A stretch of DNA of 64,000 bases from Callorhinchus milii. Taxonomy: Eukaryota. The notes under the pieces are model-generated. The model was not told where the DNA came from. It worked only from the letters and a program-made list of their open reading frames with translations, and did not search any database. This document shows positions 13,612 to 25,990 of this stretch, piece after piece (position 1 is the stretch's first letter; every line of letters starts with the position of its first letter). The stretch covers positions 91,266,001 through 91,330,000 of the forward strand of contig NW_024704743.1 in the NCBI RefSeq assembly GCF_018977255.1. The letters run 5' to 3'. Both the position numbers and the translations under genes were made by a program.

Positions 13612-13917
13612 TTCTGTAGCTCAGTGGTTAGAGCGCTCGCATTGCAAGCGAGAGACCGGAGTTCAATTCCAGGCAGGGAGAAACCTTGGGCAAGTTTCCT
13701 TACTCCACACGCCTAATAATAATCCCTCCAAAAAAACAAATTAATAAATTGGTCATTTTCAATCCACGACTGTTTGTGGGACACTACTGTGCGCAATTGG
13801 CTGCCGCGTTTGCCCACAAATATACAGTCAAATCCACTTTACAGTCTATTCTGTGAAGCGCTTTGGGACGTCTAGAAGACGTGAAAAACGCAATATCAAA
13901 TGCAAGGATTATTATTA
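13612..13917 (+). mobile_element. SINE family A, short form
   Basis: High similarity to 42878-43201. Confidence 0.88.
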
Positions 13918-14062
13918 TATGAATGGAAGGATATCAAACTGAAAGTGACAATTCAAGCAATCCCTCATGATGGTCAGCAGAAGCCTCTTGGCACACTCAC
14001 GTCAAGAAACAGGATCCTGAAGAACAGTGGTAAAAAGGGAGCTGAATAAACAAAGTGCAAAC

Positions 14063-14232
14063 CTTTTCTGGATTTACACTGGAGTCTGATGATACCAAAT
14101 ACTCTGCATAGTCCTCCAAACCAGGTATATCTAAGGGGCCTCCTTCACTTGAATGAACACGTTTACCAGAATGACTTATCCCGTCAAGTAGAGCCAGTTG
14201 GGGTAAAGATTGGAGCAAGAGTTCTCTGTAAC
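14063..14232 (-). CDS. LRRCC1: LRRCC1 coding exon 5 (LRR cap)
   Basis: (G)YRELLLQSLPQLALLDG...LEDYAEYLVSSDSSVNPEK has the LRRcap motif YRxxxxxxLPQLxxLD; TTCCAG| acceptor and AAG|GTTTGC donor. Confidence 0.92.
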
Positions 14233-14519
14233 CTGGAAACGTTAAACACAAATAAAACCAACAGGAGATGACTTCTAAATACCAACCATTCTCAGTGAGA
14301 TAACATGGTCTCTTAAAAGTAAAAAAAACTCATGATAACTTTACAGAAAAGCACTTAAACTTCTAAGAATAAATTGTTTAAACACTGATTCATATTCAAA
14401 GTAATCCTAGGATACCAAAAACTGGAGTTGAAAACTGTCTGGGGTCACAATATACTTTGTAACCTAAAAGTAATCAGATGGGTCAGATACACTGAATTTC
14501 CATTTCTAGATGCTACCTC

Positions 14520-14932
14520 ATTTTATTATAATATTCCTTGCATTTGATACAGCGTCTTTCACTTAGGGAAGATGTTTCAAAACACTTCACAGGATTTACT
14601 AGTGTAATGACTTGTTTATTTTAGAAGAACGCAGCAGCCCATTCATACACAGCAATGTCCCACAAAATGTGATAAATTGAAGAACCAATTTTATTTGGGG
14701 ATTGATTGCCAGAGAGAGAAACTGCCTTCTCTAATACTGGTATGGAATCTTTGCGGTCCACTTAAACAGGCAGAGTGGACCTTGGTTTAACGTATCATTC
14801 AAAGGAAAGCACACTTCAGAATTGCATTGAAGTGTCAACCTAGACTATGTGAGTTCAATGTCCAACATTGGGCGTGAACCCACAAGCTTCTGATTGAAAT
14901 GTGAAAATGCTTCCAACTGAGCCAGACTGACA
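14520..14932 (-). mobile_element. SINE family B
   Basis: Degenerate full-length reverse copy. Confidence 0.7.
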
Positions 14933-16458
14933 TTTTGGTACATCAAATACAGAGAGTACCTCAACCTGAGATGTTAAACAAAGCAAAACATGCACTCCTG
15001 TGATGTTTAAGAGTTGTTTGAAATGCAAGGATTCGAAATTAACATGTTGGAAAATTATTTTATTACTTATTATTTAACTACAAAAAGAGTTGTCTTGATC
15101 TTCTAAAAAGCAATGCAGACGGTGATAACCACAGGACAAAGCACTTTCATATTATTATCTGACACGTTCCAATGTAAACCGCCAGCGCTTGTTTCTTTCT
15201 ATGGGCATCTCACAAAACCGTGTTTAGGAGGTTCAAACTATGTTTCAGCCTAAAATTCATTCTGAAACCACTTTTTAATTAAATTAAAATGTATGCGCTT
15301 CTACTGAGACAAAATGAAGCTTTAACTGAATTCCAAAAAGAAAAAAATACACCATTGCTTTTCCCCAAATCAGGACTTCACATTAGTACTCTACAGCATA
15401 GTATGACAACTTGTCCATCAAGTTTTTGGACCATGCTTATATTTCTTGACAAACAGCAAAAATCCAATTATTCTGTACGTCAAAACTGACTCAGGTAATT
15501 CCCAGTACTGGCAAAAAAGGTTTATTTTTGGAATGGGGTAGGATGGCTCACATTTTAGGTTAAGGACTTCATTGCTCCATTGCCCACATTAACAGTTACA
15601 ACAAAGAGCAGGTGAATAGTACTGCCAGAGCAATCTTTGGAATCCAATTCCAATTTCACTCTAAAATATTCAATGTCCTATTTCAGATTGAGTGGCTTTA
15701 AAATCAATAAGTGAGCATTTTGCTGAATAATACTAATCAGATACATTCTAGTTTAGGTATTTATCATGTAGGTACATTTTCAACACTTTAAATGAATCAA
15801 ATATTGGAAACATTATTGATTTTGTTAAAAAATAAAAAATAGGTTTACAAATCATGCATGACAGGGAAAAAAATTACAAAAATTATATTATAATCAAACA
15901 CACATAGAACCTGATCCTGGGATACTAAATGAAGCAAAACACTCAGTAAAGCAGTTTCTAGATTTTGATACAATTATGACTTGAAAATTGACTTACAATT
16001 TACAGCGTGCTATCCAAAGCTATCACAATTACATTAAGTTATTTTTGTAAAGTCTAGAAATTATTATTCAAAATCCCACCCCATTTTTAAAAAAATTCAT
16101 GCATAAACAATATGAGCAGATACCCACATTTGGAAATCCTACTAAACACGACTATGTATTATACAACATGAAGAGTATTACTACCCACAACAAAGAAACC
16201 CAGAAGGCAGCAAGTATTTTAAATGTATGCCCTTATAACATAAAATTATTTGAAAGTACATTTCTCACATTTAGAGGCATTTTATGCAGCTTTTAGCGGC
16301 ATTTCTTTCAGAAGAGCTTTTTAAAATTTCCAGCTAAAACCCTGTAGTGTCATTAAAATGCCATCTCCATGTTACAATATTGATCAAAAGTCGTGTACAT
16401 GAATGGCATACTGAATCAGCAGTATGTAAATTCTACTGCAGTGCACACTGTTACCTAC

Positions 16459-16626
16459 CTGGTGTTTGACATACTGGGTTGCCTCTTCCATCCTTCACCA
16501 GTGTGAGGTCTGATAAGCAGCACAATCCCGTCATGCACTGGAGCAAATGGTCAAAGGTACTAATGCAATTACTGTGAAGATCAAGGAAACTTAACTTGTG
16601 TCCAGCACCATGAAGATACAAAAATC
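16459..16626 (-). CDS. LRRCC1: LRRCC1 coding exon 4 (168 nt)
   Basis: (G)FLYLHGAGHKLSFLDLHSNCISTFDHLLQCMTGLCCLSDLTLVKDGRGNPVCQTP, matching human LHGIKHKLRYIDLHSN...NPVC; canonical splice sites. Confidence 0.95.
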
Positions 16627-19596
16627 CTACAGAGTGAATAAAGAGAAGACAGTCAGGATTCTATATACCAAAAATACACACAAGATTGGTAAATTTTCCT
16701 GCCAATAGGTACTGTAAGAGAATTTTAATGCTTTTCAGATTGTCTCTAAACTGTTTTCTTTTTTTTACTGACATATTTTAGTCCCTACATCAGAGTGAAA
16801 TAGCTGTAACCGTTTCTTCTGAAATGGGAGCAGAGACAAATTATAAATGGAATTCACTGCTAGATTGATAATTGCACTTGGATAATTACATCATGGTGAT
16901 TAAATCAGTTAGCGATACAGGAATGTTCTTAACTGGACTTGCTTGCAATTTATTTCACAGTAAATTCTGAACCTGCGATTTTATTATTTAAATTCACAAA
17001 AGAAAACCGTGGTAGTATTTAAGATATATTCTTTTTTCTCCAAAATAAAACATTAGAATGCTGAAGAAGGATCCTCTCATCCCACCAAACGTGCACATAT
17101 TTCACAAACCTAATTGATAGTCTTACAACAATTTTAACTGACATATTGGCTTTCATGTCGGGAGAACGTCTCAAAGTGCTTTACGAAGACTTAGTGAGAG
17201 CCTGAACTGGGAGGGGTTTGGGGGAGTGACTGAAAGTACAGTCAAAGAGGTAGGTCTTCACATGGGATTTTTAAAACAATTACTCACAGAGTTACAATTA
17301 CAGAGAGGGGTGAGGAGGAAAAATTTTAGGAAAAGAGACCTGAGGAGAGAGCTCTGGGGAGCTATGGTCACTCCACTTGACCATAGGAATAAGAAGAAAA
17401 GCTACTGGATTCAAAAAAAAGTGGAGAGGCTGGGACAGGTAGGAATGAAACCAAGAAAGTGCAGAGCCTCAGAGGTGAATCAGGAAGGGGAGATGCTGGT
17501 GGGGTCAACAGTATCAAAGATGCCAGAGAGATTGATTATGGACTTACACCACGAGAGTCTGCACCAGCTCTTTAACTGGAAACTAGGAACAGGTGGCCAT
17601 GCTTTTCACCCACAAAATATACAGTCAATCCAATTTATAGTATATTCTGTGAAGTGGTTTGAGACATCTCAAAGATATGATAAGGCGCTATATCAAATGC
17701 AAGGATTATTATTATGTTCAGCCCATCAAGCTTTGTCCACCACAGACCATTCATTGATCCATGTTCAATCTCCTCATCCCTAAAGAATACATTACCAACA
17801 TAACCCACCTTTAACTATAGTAACCCCGACCACCCCACTCTGCATCATTCTCATGAACCTATGTTGCACTCTCTCCAAAGCCAATATCTTTCCTGTAATG
17901 AGACACCAAAAATTGCAAGCAGTCCATCTACAGTTTCATCAGTGCTTCTTGTCAGTTATTTCAAACCAAGTTACAGTCGAGTATAATGCATTGTCTAATA
18001 TTCTTCACATTACAAATCCAAAATGCTTCACTCTTAAAAGTTGCCAGATTTAAAAAGTTTAAAAAAACGACCTACAAGAACACTTCAGGAAATTCCAAGC
18101 AATTTTATTCCGTGTGAGCAACCGCATTTGTCACAAGTGACAAAGTTTCCTGGGTAATATTGGGTCTGTTTCCTGAGTGTACCAAACAACATACAGAATA
18201 CATCAACATGCAAAAATATGTTTAAACCACATGCATTTTATCATCAATTAGCTTTAAAATTTAAATTTTATTTTGTACTACTTACATGGGAAGGAACTGT
18301 ATACTGTATTTCAATAATTAATCTCACTTCCCATCTAAAGACCTATGTGACTCATTAGAGCTGTCAATGCATTTTATTTTAAATAAAAATCCTCGGTTTG
18401 GGAATAAACTGAAGCAGGGAGTGTTCCCATTACTAGCATTTAGTGTAAGGCTTCATGCTAGCACTGAGAAAAATATACTTAAAACATCCTCTTAATAGTT
18501 TCAATGGGAAAAAAAATCAGGAAACCATAATCTAAATTAATAAACACAGATATATAAAAAAATTATAATAAATGAGTAATACGTGATAGAAACGGAAATT
18601 AAACTTGTCGCCCCTATATACATGGTTATCAAAGCAATATCTAAAGCATATATGATTTCTAACATTAGAAAAGTTATTTAAATTAGAAGAGAAGTTTTAT
18701 TATAGCATTTATTTAGTTATGGTGTATTTAAATGTAATTGATTCTATTATATAAACACAATCCTCTTACTTGAAGAAGGAAAATCCCAACCTTCTTCTTA
18801 GTGCCTTCCTCAGGCAATGGAACTTCAGTTAGTTTGTGATGTTAATACGGGTTACCAAAGGAACCAAAGCAGCAAAACTAGATGTGAGCAATCACGCAAT
18901 TCGTGCGCTCAAAGAATGACTCAAGGAAACCAAAGTGCAAGAAAGCATGACAATTATGATCAGCTGTTTGTAAACGTTCTGAATACCATGTCTTCAATTG
19001 AAGAATGCATTAAATATCTAATATTTCACTCGTCTCTGCATTTCTTGCCAATAGTTTTTATTTTACTAATGAAACTTCATCCATTTGATATGGCAGCTAT
19101 AACACTGTTGTAAAGTGACTGTGATGTACAGCAAAGATGTTAGTCAGTTTGCACAATGTACATGGGTAGCGTCTCAGAGCACTTTAATTTATCTGGCTGA
19201 CTGTTAGCCAGAACACTGAGATTGATGTACTTAAGTCATACTCTTCTCTACTTAAATATTATAACATTTATTCCACTGGTCACATTTTCAGCATCCCAAA
19301 AGTCATCTCCAACAAACCTTCTTCAAAATCACCCATTGCTTCCTTCCTTATCATCACAATGAAAAACAAGATTTAGGTTTAGCATTAGTCTCATTCCTTC
19401 AATCTTCAGCAATGTGCCTCCTCTCAGGTAATAGATCTTTCTCATCATTCCCTTTAGATTGGGTTAGGGTTAGGGAATAGGAGAAGGAATCAAAAGGCAC
19501 CACATTTCAGAACTGGCCGGACAAAGTCTGAAACACTGGCAGGAGAACTAGACACTATACTCCAGAAGAATCTACTATACGGATTCAAATGCATTT

Positions 19597-19980
19597 AATA
19601 ATAATCCTTGGATTTGATACAGCACCTTTCAAGATGTCTCAAAATGTGAAGTGGAGTGACTGTGTATTTTGTGAGTGAAAAGCAGCAACCATTTGCAGAC
19701 AGCAATGTCTCACAAACAGTCATGGAGTGAGTTACCAATTTTATATGGGGGATTGTTGGCCAGGAGTCCAGGAAGAAACTCCCTTCTATTGATGAGTAGT
19801 GCCATGGGATCTTTAAGATCCACCTGAACAGGCAGACGGGACCTTGGTTTTAACGTCTCACCCGAAAGACAACACCTCCAAAAATGTGACACTCCCCCCT
19901 CCCCCCCCAGTGCTGCATTGGACCTTGCGATTCCATGACTCAAGAGGTGAGAGTGCTACCACAGAGCCAGGCTGACACAC
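19597..19980 (-). mobile_element. SINE family B
   Basis: GTGCCATGGGATCTTTAAGATCCACCTGAACAGGCAGAC core. Confidence 0.75.
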
Positions 19981-21834
19981 ATTTTGCACTCAAATAGCAA
20001 CCTCAACAAAAAAACAATAAAACAATAAAAACAAAATGTAATCTATCCTAAGATTGATGCTATAAAGCATGCACCGTCCTCATAAGTAAAGAAATAATAA
20101 GGTTAGATGTTTTCCCTAATTGTCCCACACTTTTCCTCCCTATATCTTTTCAGTATGAAAACTCCCTGGATCACCAATTACTTAGGCCTATTCTTTTCTT
20201 GGGGCTAAATACCATGGAAGTCTCTGCTTCCCTCAGTCTTTCTTTTCCTTCTACAATATATAGAGCTTCAGAAACCAAGCTTCATCTTGATTGATCACGT
20301 CTTTCCTAAGGGCAACTCTTTGAAGACTGAATCGTTTGCAGAAAGTTTCATGATAAGCTTACATTACGGCAGACCATAACTTGATGAACCACAGGAGAAT
20401 CGCCCTCTATTCCTTTTAACCTTTGTGGTGTTCTGTATTATGAGTCTCAGCTCTTAACCCAAGTCTCTCAATTTAAAAAAGTTACATTTAACAGCATTAT
20501 ATAATGTTATCAGCATGTTAAAACAAGTCGTACAGAACTTCGTGGTAACAAATATATTCAGTGACCTCATTTGAAGGGCACTGATAAGGTTTTTGCCCAA
20601 TTCATGTAATGCATTAAATTTAAACTAATTGAAAATATGCTAAGTTATGCAAATACAAAACCTTAATGAACATCCCCAGTTTAAGTTAACACATTTATAT
20701 TCATTAACTGCACATCTCCAGTAAATGCCACCAGCTCATATTACCACTGATGACTGACCGTTTACTTTATAAATGAAAAATACAATTAATGAAAGACCAA
20801 CTATTTTCTGCACAATTTTAACAATGTAAAGTTAAAACAAATCACAGTACGTCAAGTTACTCAGATGTTTACTGAAATAAAAGTACGTACTACGCTAATA
20901 ATTAAGCTTAAAAGACCCCAAAAGCAACTGTCTTAAAGAAAAATAACACCATTGAGAACATAAACTTTCATCTAAATCTGTTAAAATACAACAAGTCTTG
21001 AAATCTCTCATTTTTATCCTCTTTCATTTAACCTCTTCTACTTGTCTCCTATCCTCACAGCCAACTTGGCTATAACCGGAGATTTGGAAGCTATAAGCTG
21101 TGAGAATCCTACAACGAGGTGATAACATTTATAAGTATTGTTTCTCTTGTTCTCTAGCAAAAAAAACATTAAACACTATGGATAAACAACAAACACACGG
21201 CTAACTCATCATCTTTCGTGCAGAGTTTACTGGGGTAGATTAAGCATCACTGCAGATGCTGATATAGCCATCAAAGCATTCTCTAACTTTTCTTACTGAA
21301 CTGAAAGAAAACAAAGACAAGGACTGCAAAGGTAGACTGAACAGTACAATACTTTGTCTAAAATGGTAGGATTTAAGGAGGTTGCAGAGGTAGGGTAGGG
21401 CAGGACTCGTGGAGGGATCTGAAAGTGATGACGAGGATCTTGAACTCAATCCACTGGGGGATGGGGAGCTATTGAAGCCAAGTGAGTATTTGGGTGATAG
21501 GCTTGAGGAGCCCACTGCAGAAAAGGACACTGGCTCCAGAATAGTGGATAGGTAAAAATAAAATTTAGCAGACTACATAAACCATTCAAAGTTTGATCTT
21601 GTTGATCTGAACTCTGTTTGAGATTCAGAAACTAAGTGATTGGTGTGTAGCCCTCCAAACCGAAGAGGGACACATTGCATAAAGTGTCATGACATAAACT
21701 TTGATGAAAATAATTTTAATCTAGATCTAGATTTCATGCTTTCAATAACTGGAGAACAATATGAAGATTAGTGAGCGAGATATCTACATTGGGATATATC
21801 TGAGTCTACTCTAGACAAAGAAAAATCTTTGAAG

Positions 21835-22220
21835 AACAAAAACAAATTACATTTGTGTAGCGCCTTTCACGACGGGAGGATGTCCCAAAGCGCTGGACAG
21901 TCAGGGATTTGGACCCGAGCTGGGGGCACGGTTGAAGAGGAGTTTTTGAGATGTGCCTGGCCCAACCGTGAATGGTGGGGCAGGCCAGGCGGGAGATATG
22001 GAGGAAGCCATAGCCTGCTGAGCTGAGGAAGTGGACAGGTTGTTATGGTGTCCGTACATTACAGAGTAGAAAGCAGCAAGGCTGTGGAGGGCTTTAAAGG
22101 CGAGGACAAGGATTTTGAATTCTTTCCTCTGGGGAATGGGGAGGCAATGGAGCCAGACGAGGGTCGGGTGATAGGGTCACTGAGTCTGGTGCGGGAGAGG
22201 ACACGAGCTGCAGAGTGAGA
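21835..22220 (-). mobile_element. L2 LINE 3' fragment
   Basis: Same 3' tail (AAATTACATTTG..GCGCCTTTCAC) and RT-end sequence as 7910-9040. Confidence 0.7.
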
Positions 22221-22290
22221 AGTTATTGCTTAGGAGACAATGCTTAATAGTTGTCTGAACATGGATACCCATAAACATCAAGTCTCACTT

Positions 22291-22616
22291 AATAATAATA
22301 ATAATAATCCTTGCATTTGATATAGCGCTTTTCACGTCGGGAGGATGTCCCAAAGCGCTTCAGAGAATACACTGTAAAGTGAATTGACTGTATATTTGTG
22401 GGCGAACGCGGCAGCCAATTGCGCACAGCAATGTCCCACAAACAGTCGTAGATTGAAAATGAACAATTTATTATTGTTTTTGGTTTTTGGAGGGATTATT
22501 ATTAGGCTCTGTGTGGAGTAAGGAAACTTGCCCAAGGTTTCGCCCTCTGCCTGGAATTGAACTCAGGTCTGTCGCTTGCAAAGCGAGTGCTCTAACCACT
22601 GAGCTACAGGACTCCA
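22291..22616 (-). mobile_element. SINE family A, short form
   Basis: Near-identical reverse complement of 42878-43201. Confidence 0.9.
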
Positions 22617-22749
22617 CTTCAGCTCGAGATGTGACTTCTCAGTTAATGAAGAAGCTGAAGTCCTGATATTTGGAAAGAATCTCTTGGGCTTGTATCTGAG
22701 TACTCTCTCAGCAAGCCACTCTCAAACTAATCATTTAAATAGCTCTCTG

Positions 22750-23665
22750 TCATTTGTAAAGCGCCTTTCATGTTGGGAGGATGTCCCAAGGCACTGGACA
22801 ATCAAGTGTTTTGGACCTGAGCTGTGGGTTCGGGATCGGGGAGGGTGGAGGGCAGGGTGTGGAGAGGTGATCAAAGGCATCCTTGCCCAACTCCACTGGC
22901 TTCCCATTACACAGAGGATACAGTTCAAGATCCTGGTCCTCACCTTCAAAGTCTTCCATGGCCTTGCTCCCCCCTAACTTTGTCACCCCCTAACCCCCTA
23001 CCATCCTGCTCCCTCCCTCCGCTTAGCGGGCTCTGGCCTGCTTCACATCCCCCGCCTTGCCCGCCCCACCGTTGGCGCACGAGCTTTCTGCCACTCTGCT
23101 CCCATCCTCTGGAACTCCATTCCACAGTACCTCCACCTTGCCCCCTCCCTTGCCTCCTTCAAGATGCACCTTGGTACCCTCCTCTTCGACCATACTTTTG
23201 AAGGCACGGTTGAAGAGGAGGATCTTGAGACTTGCCCTGATGGGACAAGGGAGGGAGCGAGGCGAAGGGAATGTACGATGGAGTTTCAGAGTGTGGGGGC
23301 AGAGAGGCTGAAGGCCTGACTGCTGATAGTGGGCTTGGTCTGGCGGGGAAAAGGAGCAGGCCACAGCCTGCTGAGTGGAGGGTGCGGACAGGTTGATAAG
23401 GGATTAGCAGGTTGGAGAGGTGGGAGGGGGCAAGGCCATGGAAGGCCTTGAAGGTGAGACTGAGAATTTTGAACTCGATCCTCTGAGGGATGGGGAGCCA
23501 GTGGAGCCGGGCAAGGGTGGGTGTGATGGGATCACGCAGCCTGGTGTGGGAGAGGACACGAGCTGCAGAGTTCTGGATGATCTGCAGCTTGTGGAGGGAA
23601 GAGCTGGAAAGGCCGACAAGCAGGTTGGCATAGTCAAACCTGGATGTAATGAAGGCATGTATGAG
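22750..23665. mobile_element. Minus-strand L2 with nested plus-strand L2 segment (22878-23197)
   Basis: ILAQLHWLPITQRIQFKILVLTFKVFHGLAPP on + inside a minus-oriented L2; AAGGCA present at both junctions. Confidence 0.8.
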
Positions 23666-23876
23666 AAACCAACAATTTGCTCAATTATATTTGATATCAA
23701 GCTGGATAAACAAGACAATCTAATTTTACCTCAGTTATGTTGGTAAACCTTGAGTTTGAGTCTACATTTTCTACATTTTATTTGTTGATGATATAACAAT
23801 ATTTGTAGTTTTATGGTAAACAAAAGCTAATACAGCTAAACCACTTTTTGAAAGTTAGCAAAGAACCTCAACTTAC

Positions 23877-23942
23877 CACTTAAATCTGTAATGCCATTGT
23901 AAGATAAATTCAGCTTCGTTAAATTGACGAGTCCATTGAGTC
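23877..23942 (-). CDS. LRRCC1: LRRCC1 coding exon 3 (66 nt, one LRR)
   Basis: (G)LNGLVNLTKLNLSYNGITDLS; TTTTAG| acceptor, |GTAAGT donor, phase 1-1. Confidence 0.93.
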
Positions 23943-24394
23943 CTAAAAGGGAGATTTTTTTCCCAAATGTTAATCTCAATAGGTTTCACATTGTATATAA
24001 TAAAAATTTAAAATACATTGAACACAAATTTTGGGAAGTAAATTCCTGGCTGCATTTTATATCATGCTACTGGAATTTTGTAGCTGCAATTCCCAGCTAC
24101 TACAGGCTTTTACTGTTGTGAAAGCAAGTGGTCAAGTAATATCTTGGACAGTGAGTGGCACAGGTTTAATTTAATAAAACTTTCTGCTAACTCCAACAGC
24201 TTTGAATTGTTAGTTAATGTAAAAGTTAGAATGGGACAGAAACAAGTTAAAATGAAGGCCCCACTTTCACCAAATAAACCAAAACAAGGTTTACTGTAAA
24301 GGAAATGCAGTGAATAACAATACATAACATTCAACATGGAAATGGAATAGCAGATTTCAGTACTGCTATCTGAATAGGAACATGAATAGTGTTC

Positions 24395-24760
24395 ATCATG
24401 TCCAGGCTAGACTACGCCAACTCTGCACGCCAGGCTTTCCAACTCTTCCCTCTACAAGGTGCAGACCATCCAGAACTCTGCAGAATTGTGTCCTCTCCTG
24501 CACTAGGCTCCACAAACCTATCACTCGCATCCTCACCTGGCTCCACTGGCTCCCCATCCCAGAGGACCGAGTTAAAGATACTGAGCCTCACTTTTAAATC
24601 CTTCCACGGTCTTGCCCCACCTACCGCCGCGACCTTCTAAAATCCTACCAACCTGCCTGCTTCCCCCGCTCGGCAGCTACTGGCTTGCTTCACGTCCCCA
24701 GCCCTGCCCGCCTCACCATCGGCATTCAGGCTTTCAGCCTTTCTGCCCCCAAGTTCTAGA
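24395..24760 (+). mobile_element. L2 LINE 3' fragment
   Basis: SRLDYANS...LHKPITRILTWLHWLPI...FKSFHGLAP peptides across frames. Confidence 0.8.
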
Positions 24761-24884
24761 ACTACAACAAACAATTGCATTTATGGAGCTTTTTTCACAT
24801 CAGGAGGATGTCTCATATAACATCTTTCAGTCCTCCCCACGGGAAAGGTGTTATATAATCGCAATTTGTTGTTGTTGTAATGAT

Positions 24885-25240
24885 AGTAATCCTTGCAATT
24901 GATGTATCACCTTATCAAGTCTTCCAGATGTCTCAAAGCGCTTCACAGAATATACTGTAAAGTGAACTAAATGAATATTTTGTGGGTGAAACAAGGCATC
25001 CAATTGCGCACAGCAATGCTCCACCGACAGTCGTGGATTGAGTGACCAAATTATTATTATTTATTTTAAAGGGATTATTATCCCCAGAAAAGCGATCCGC
25101 TAATCGGGTTCCTACTTACGGCTAGGTAAACAGAGGCATGTGGAGTAAGGAAACTTGCCCAACGTTTCGCCCCACCCGGGAATTGAACCCAGGTCCTCTC
25201 GCTTGAACCCAGAACCTCTAACCACTAAACTGCAGGACTC
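24885..25240 (-). mobile_element. SINE family A, long form
   Basis: Contains the reverse complement of the extra segment (GGTTCCTACTTACGGCTAGGTAAACAGAGGC). Confidence 0.8.
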
Positions 25241-25784
25241 TTGTAGGAGTAGATTAAGTATTTAATGGTACTGTAATGTCCTACATAATCTACTCACAGT
25301 CCCACGTGGAGATGCACATAGTTCCCATCGAACACTGGAGCATGAATTTGTAGGTAAAAATAAATCTACTCAAGTCAAGATGCAATTTTGTAGCTTTCAC
25401 TGCCTGTCAATGATGTACATAAATTGTTTTTTGCATTATTCAAATATGTCAAATATGTTAAAGTTGTGTAAATTGCCATGATGAAAATCAAGTCCTCTAT
25501 CACGAGATCAGTCACATTCCATCCAAAAGTTCATGGGAATTTATTACATGAGGGAAACGTAAATAGAGAGTTAGGGGTGAGAGAAATAGCTGGGGGCTCA
25601 TGTGGAGTATAAACACCAGCACAGGCTAGTTGGGACAAGGAATTTGTTTCTATGCCATATAATTCTATGTAATTCTATGTAACATTCTGTTCCCCATCCA
25701 AATAATCAAACCCAATCACAGAGGTGTAAATGACCATTTCTCAATAGGTTTGGTTAACATTTTAATGTACTCCCATTTACATAC

Positions 25785-25990
25785 CTTCAACTTGGGTTAT
25801 CAGATTACAAGACAGGTTAAGGGTACGCAAGGATATTAGGTTCCCCAGTCCTTCAATGCGAACAATTTGATTGGAGGAGAGATCGAGATGTCTCAGTTGC
25901 CACAAGTGGCTGAGGCCTTCGAGTTTGGAGATTTGATTGCAGTGAAGGTTGAGTGATTGAACTTTCGAGTTGATTGGTACTGCTGACAAG
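25785..25990 (-). CDS. LRRCC1: LRRCC1 coding exon 2 (206 nt, leucine-rich repeats)
   Basis: LSAVPINSKVQSLNLHCNQISKLEGLSHLWQLRHLDLSSNQIVRIEGLGNLISLRTLNLSCNLITQVE, closely matching LRRCC1 LRRs, with AG/GT boundaries. Confidence 0.95.

Noticed and set aside
17226..17783. 185-aa plus-strand ORF
   Set aside because: Mosaic of degenerate LINE and SINE-tail sequence with no domain similarity, antisense within an intron.
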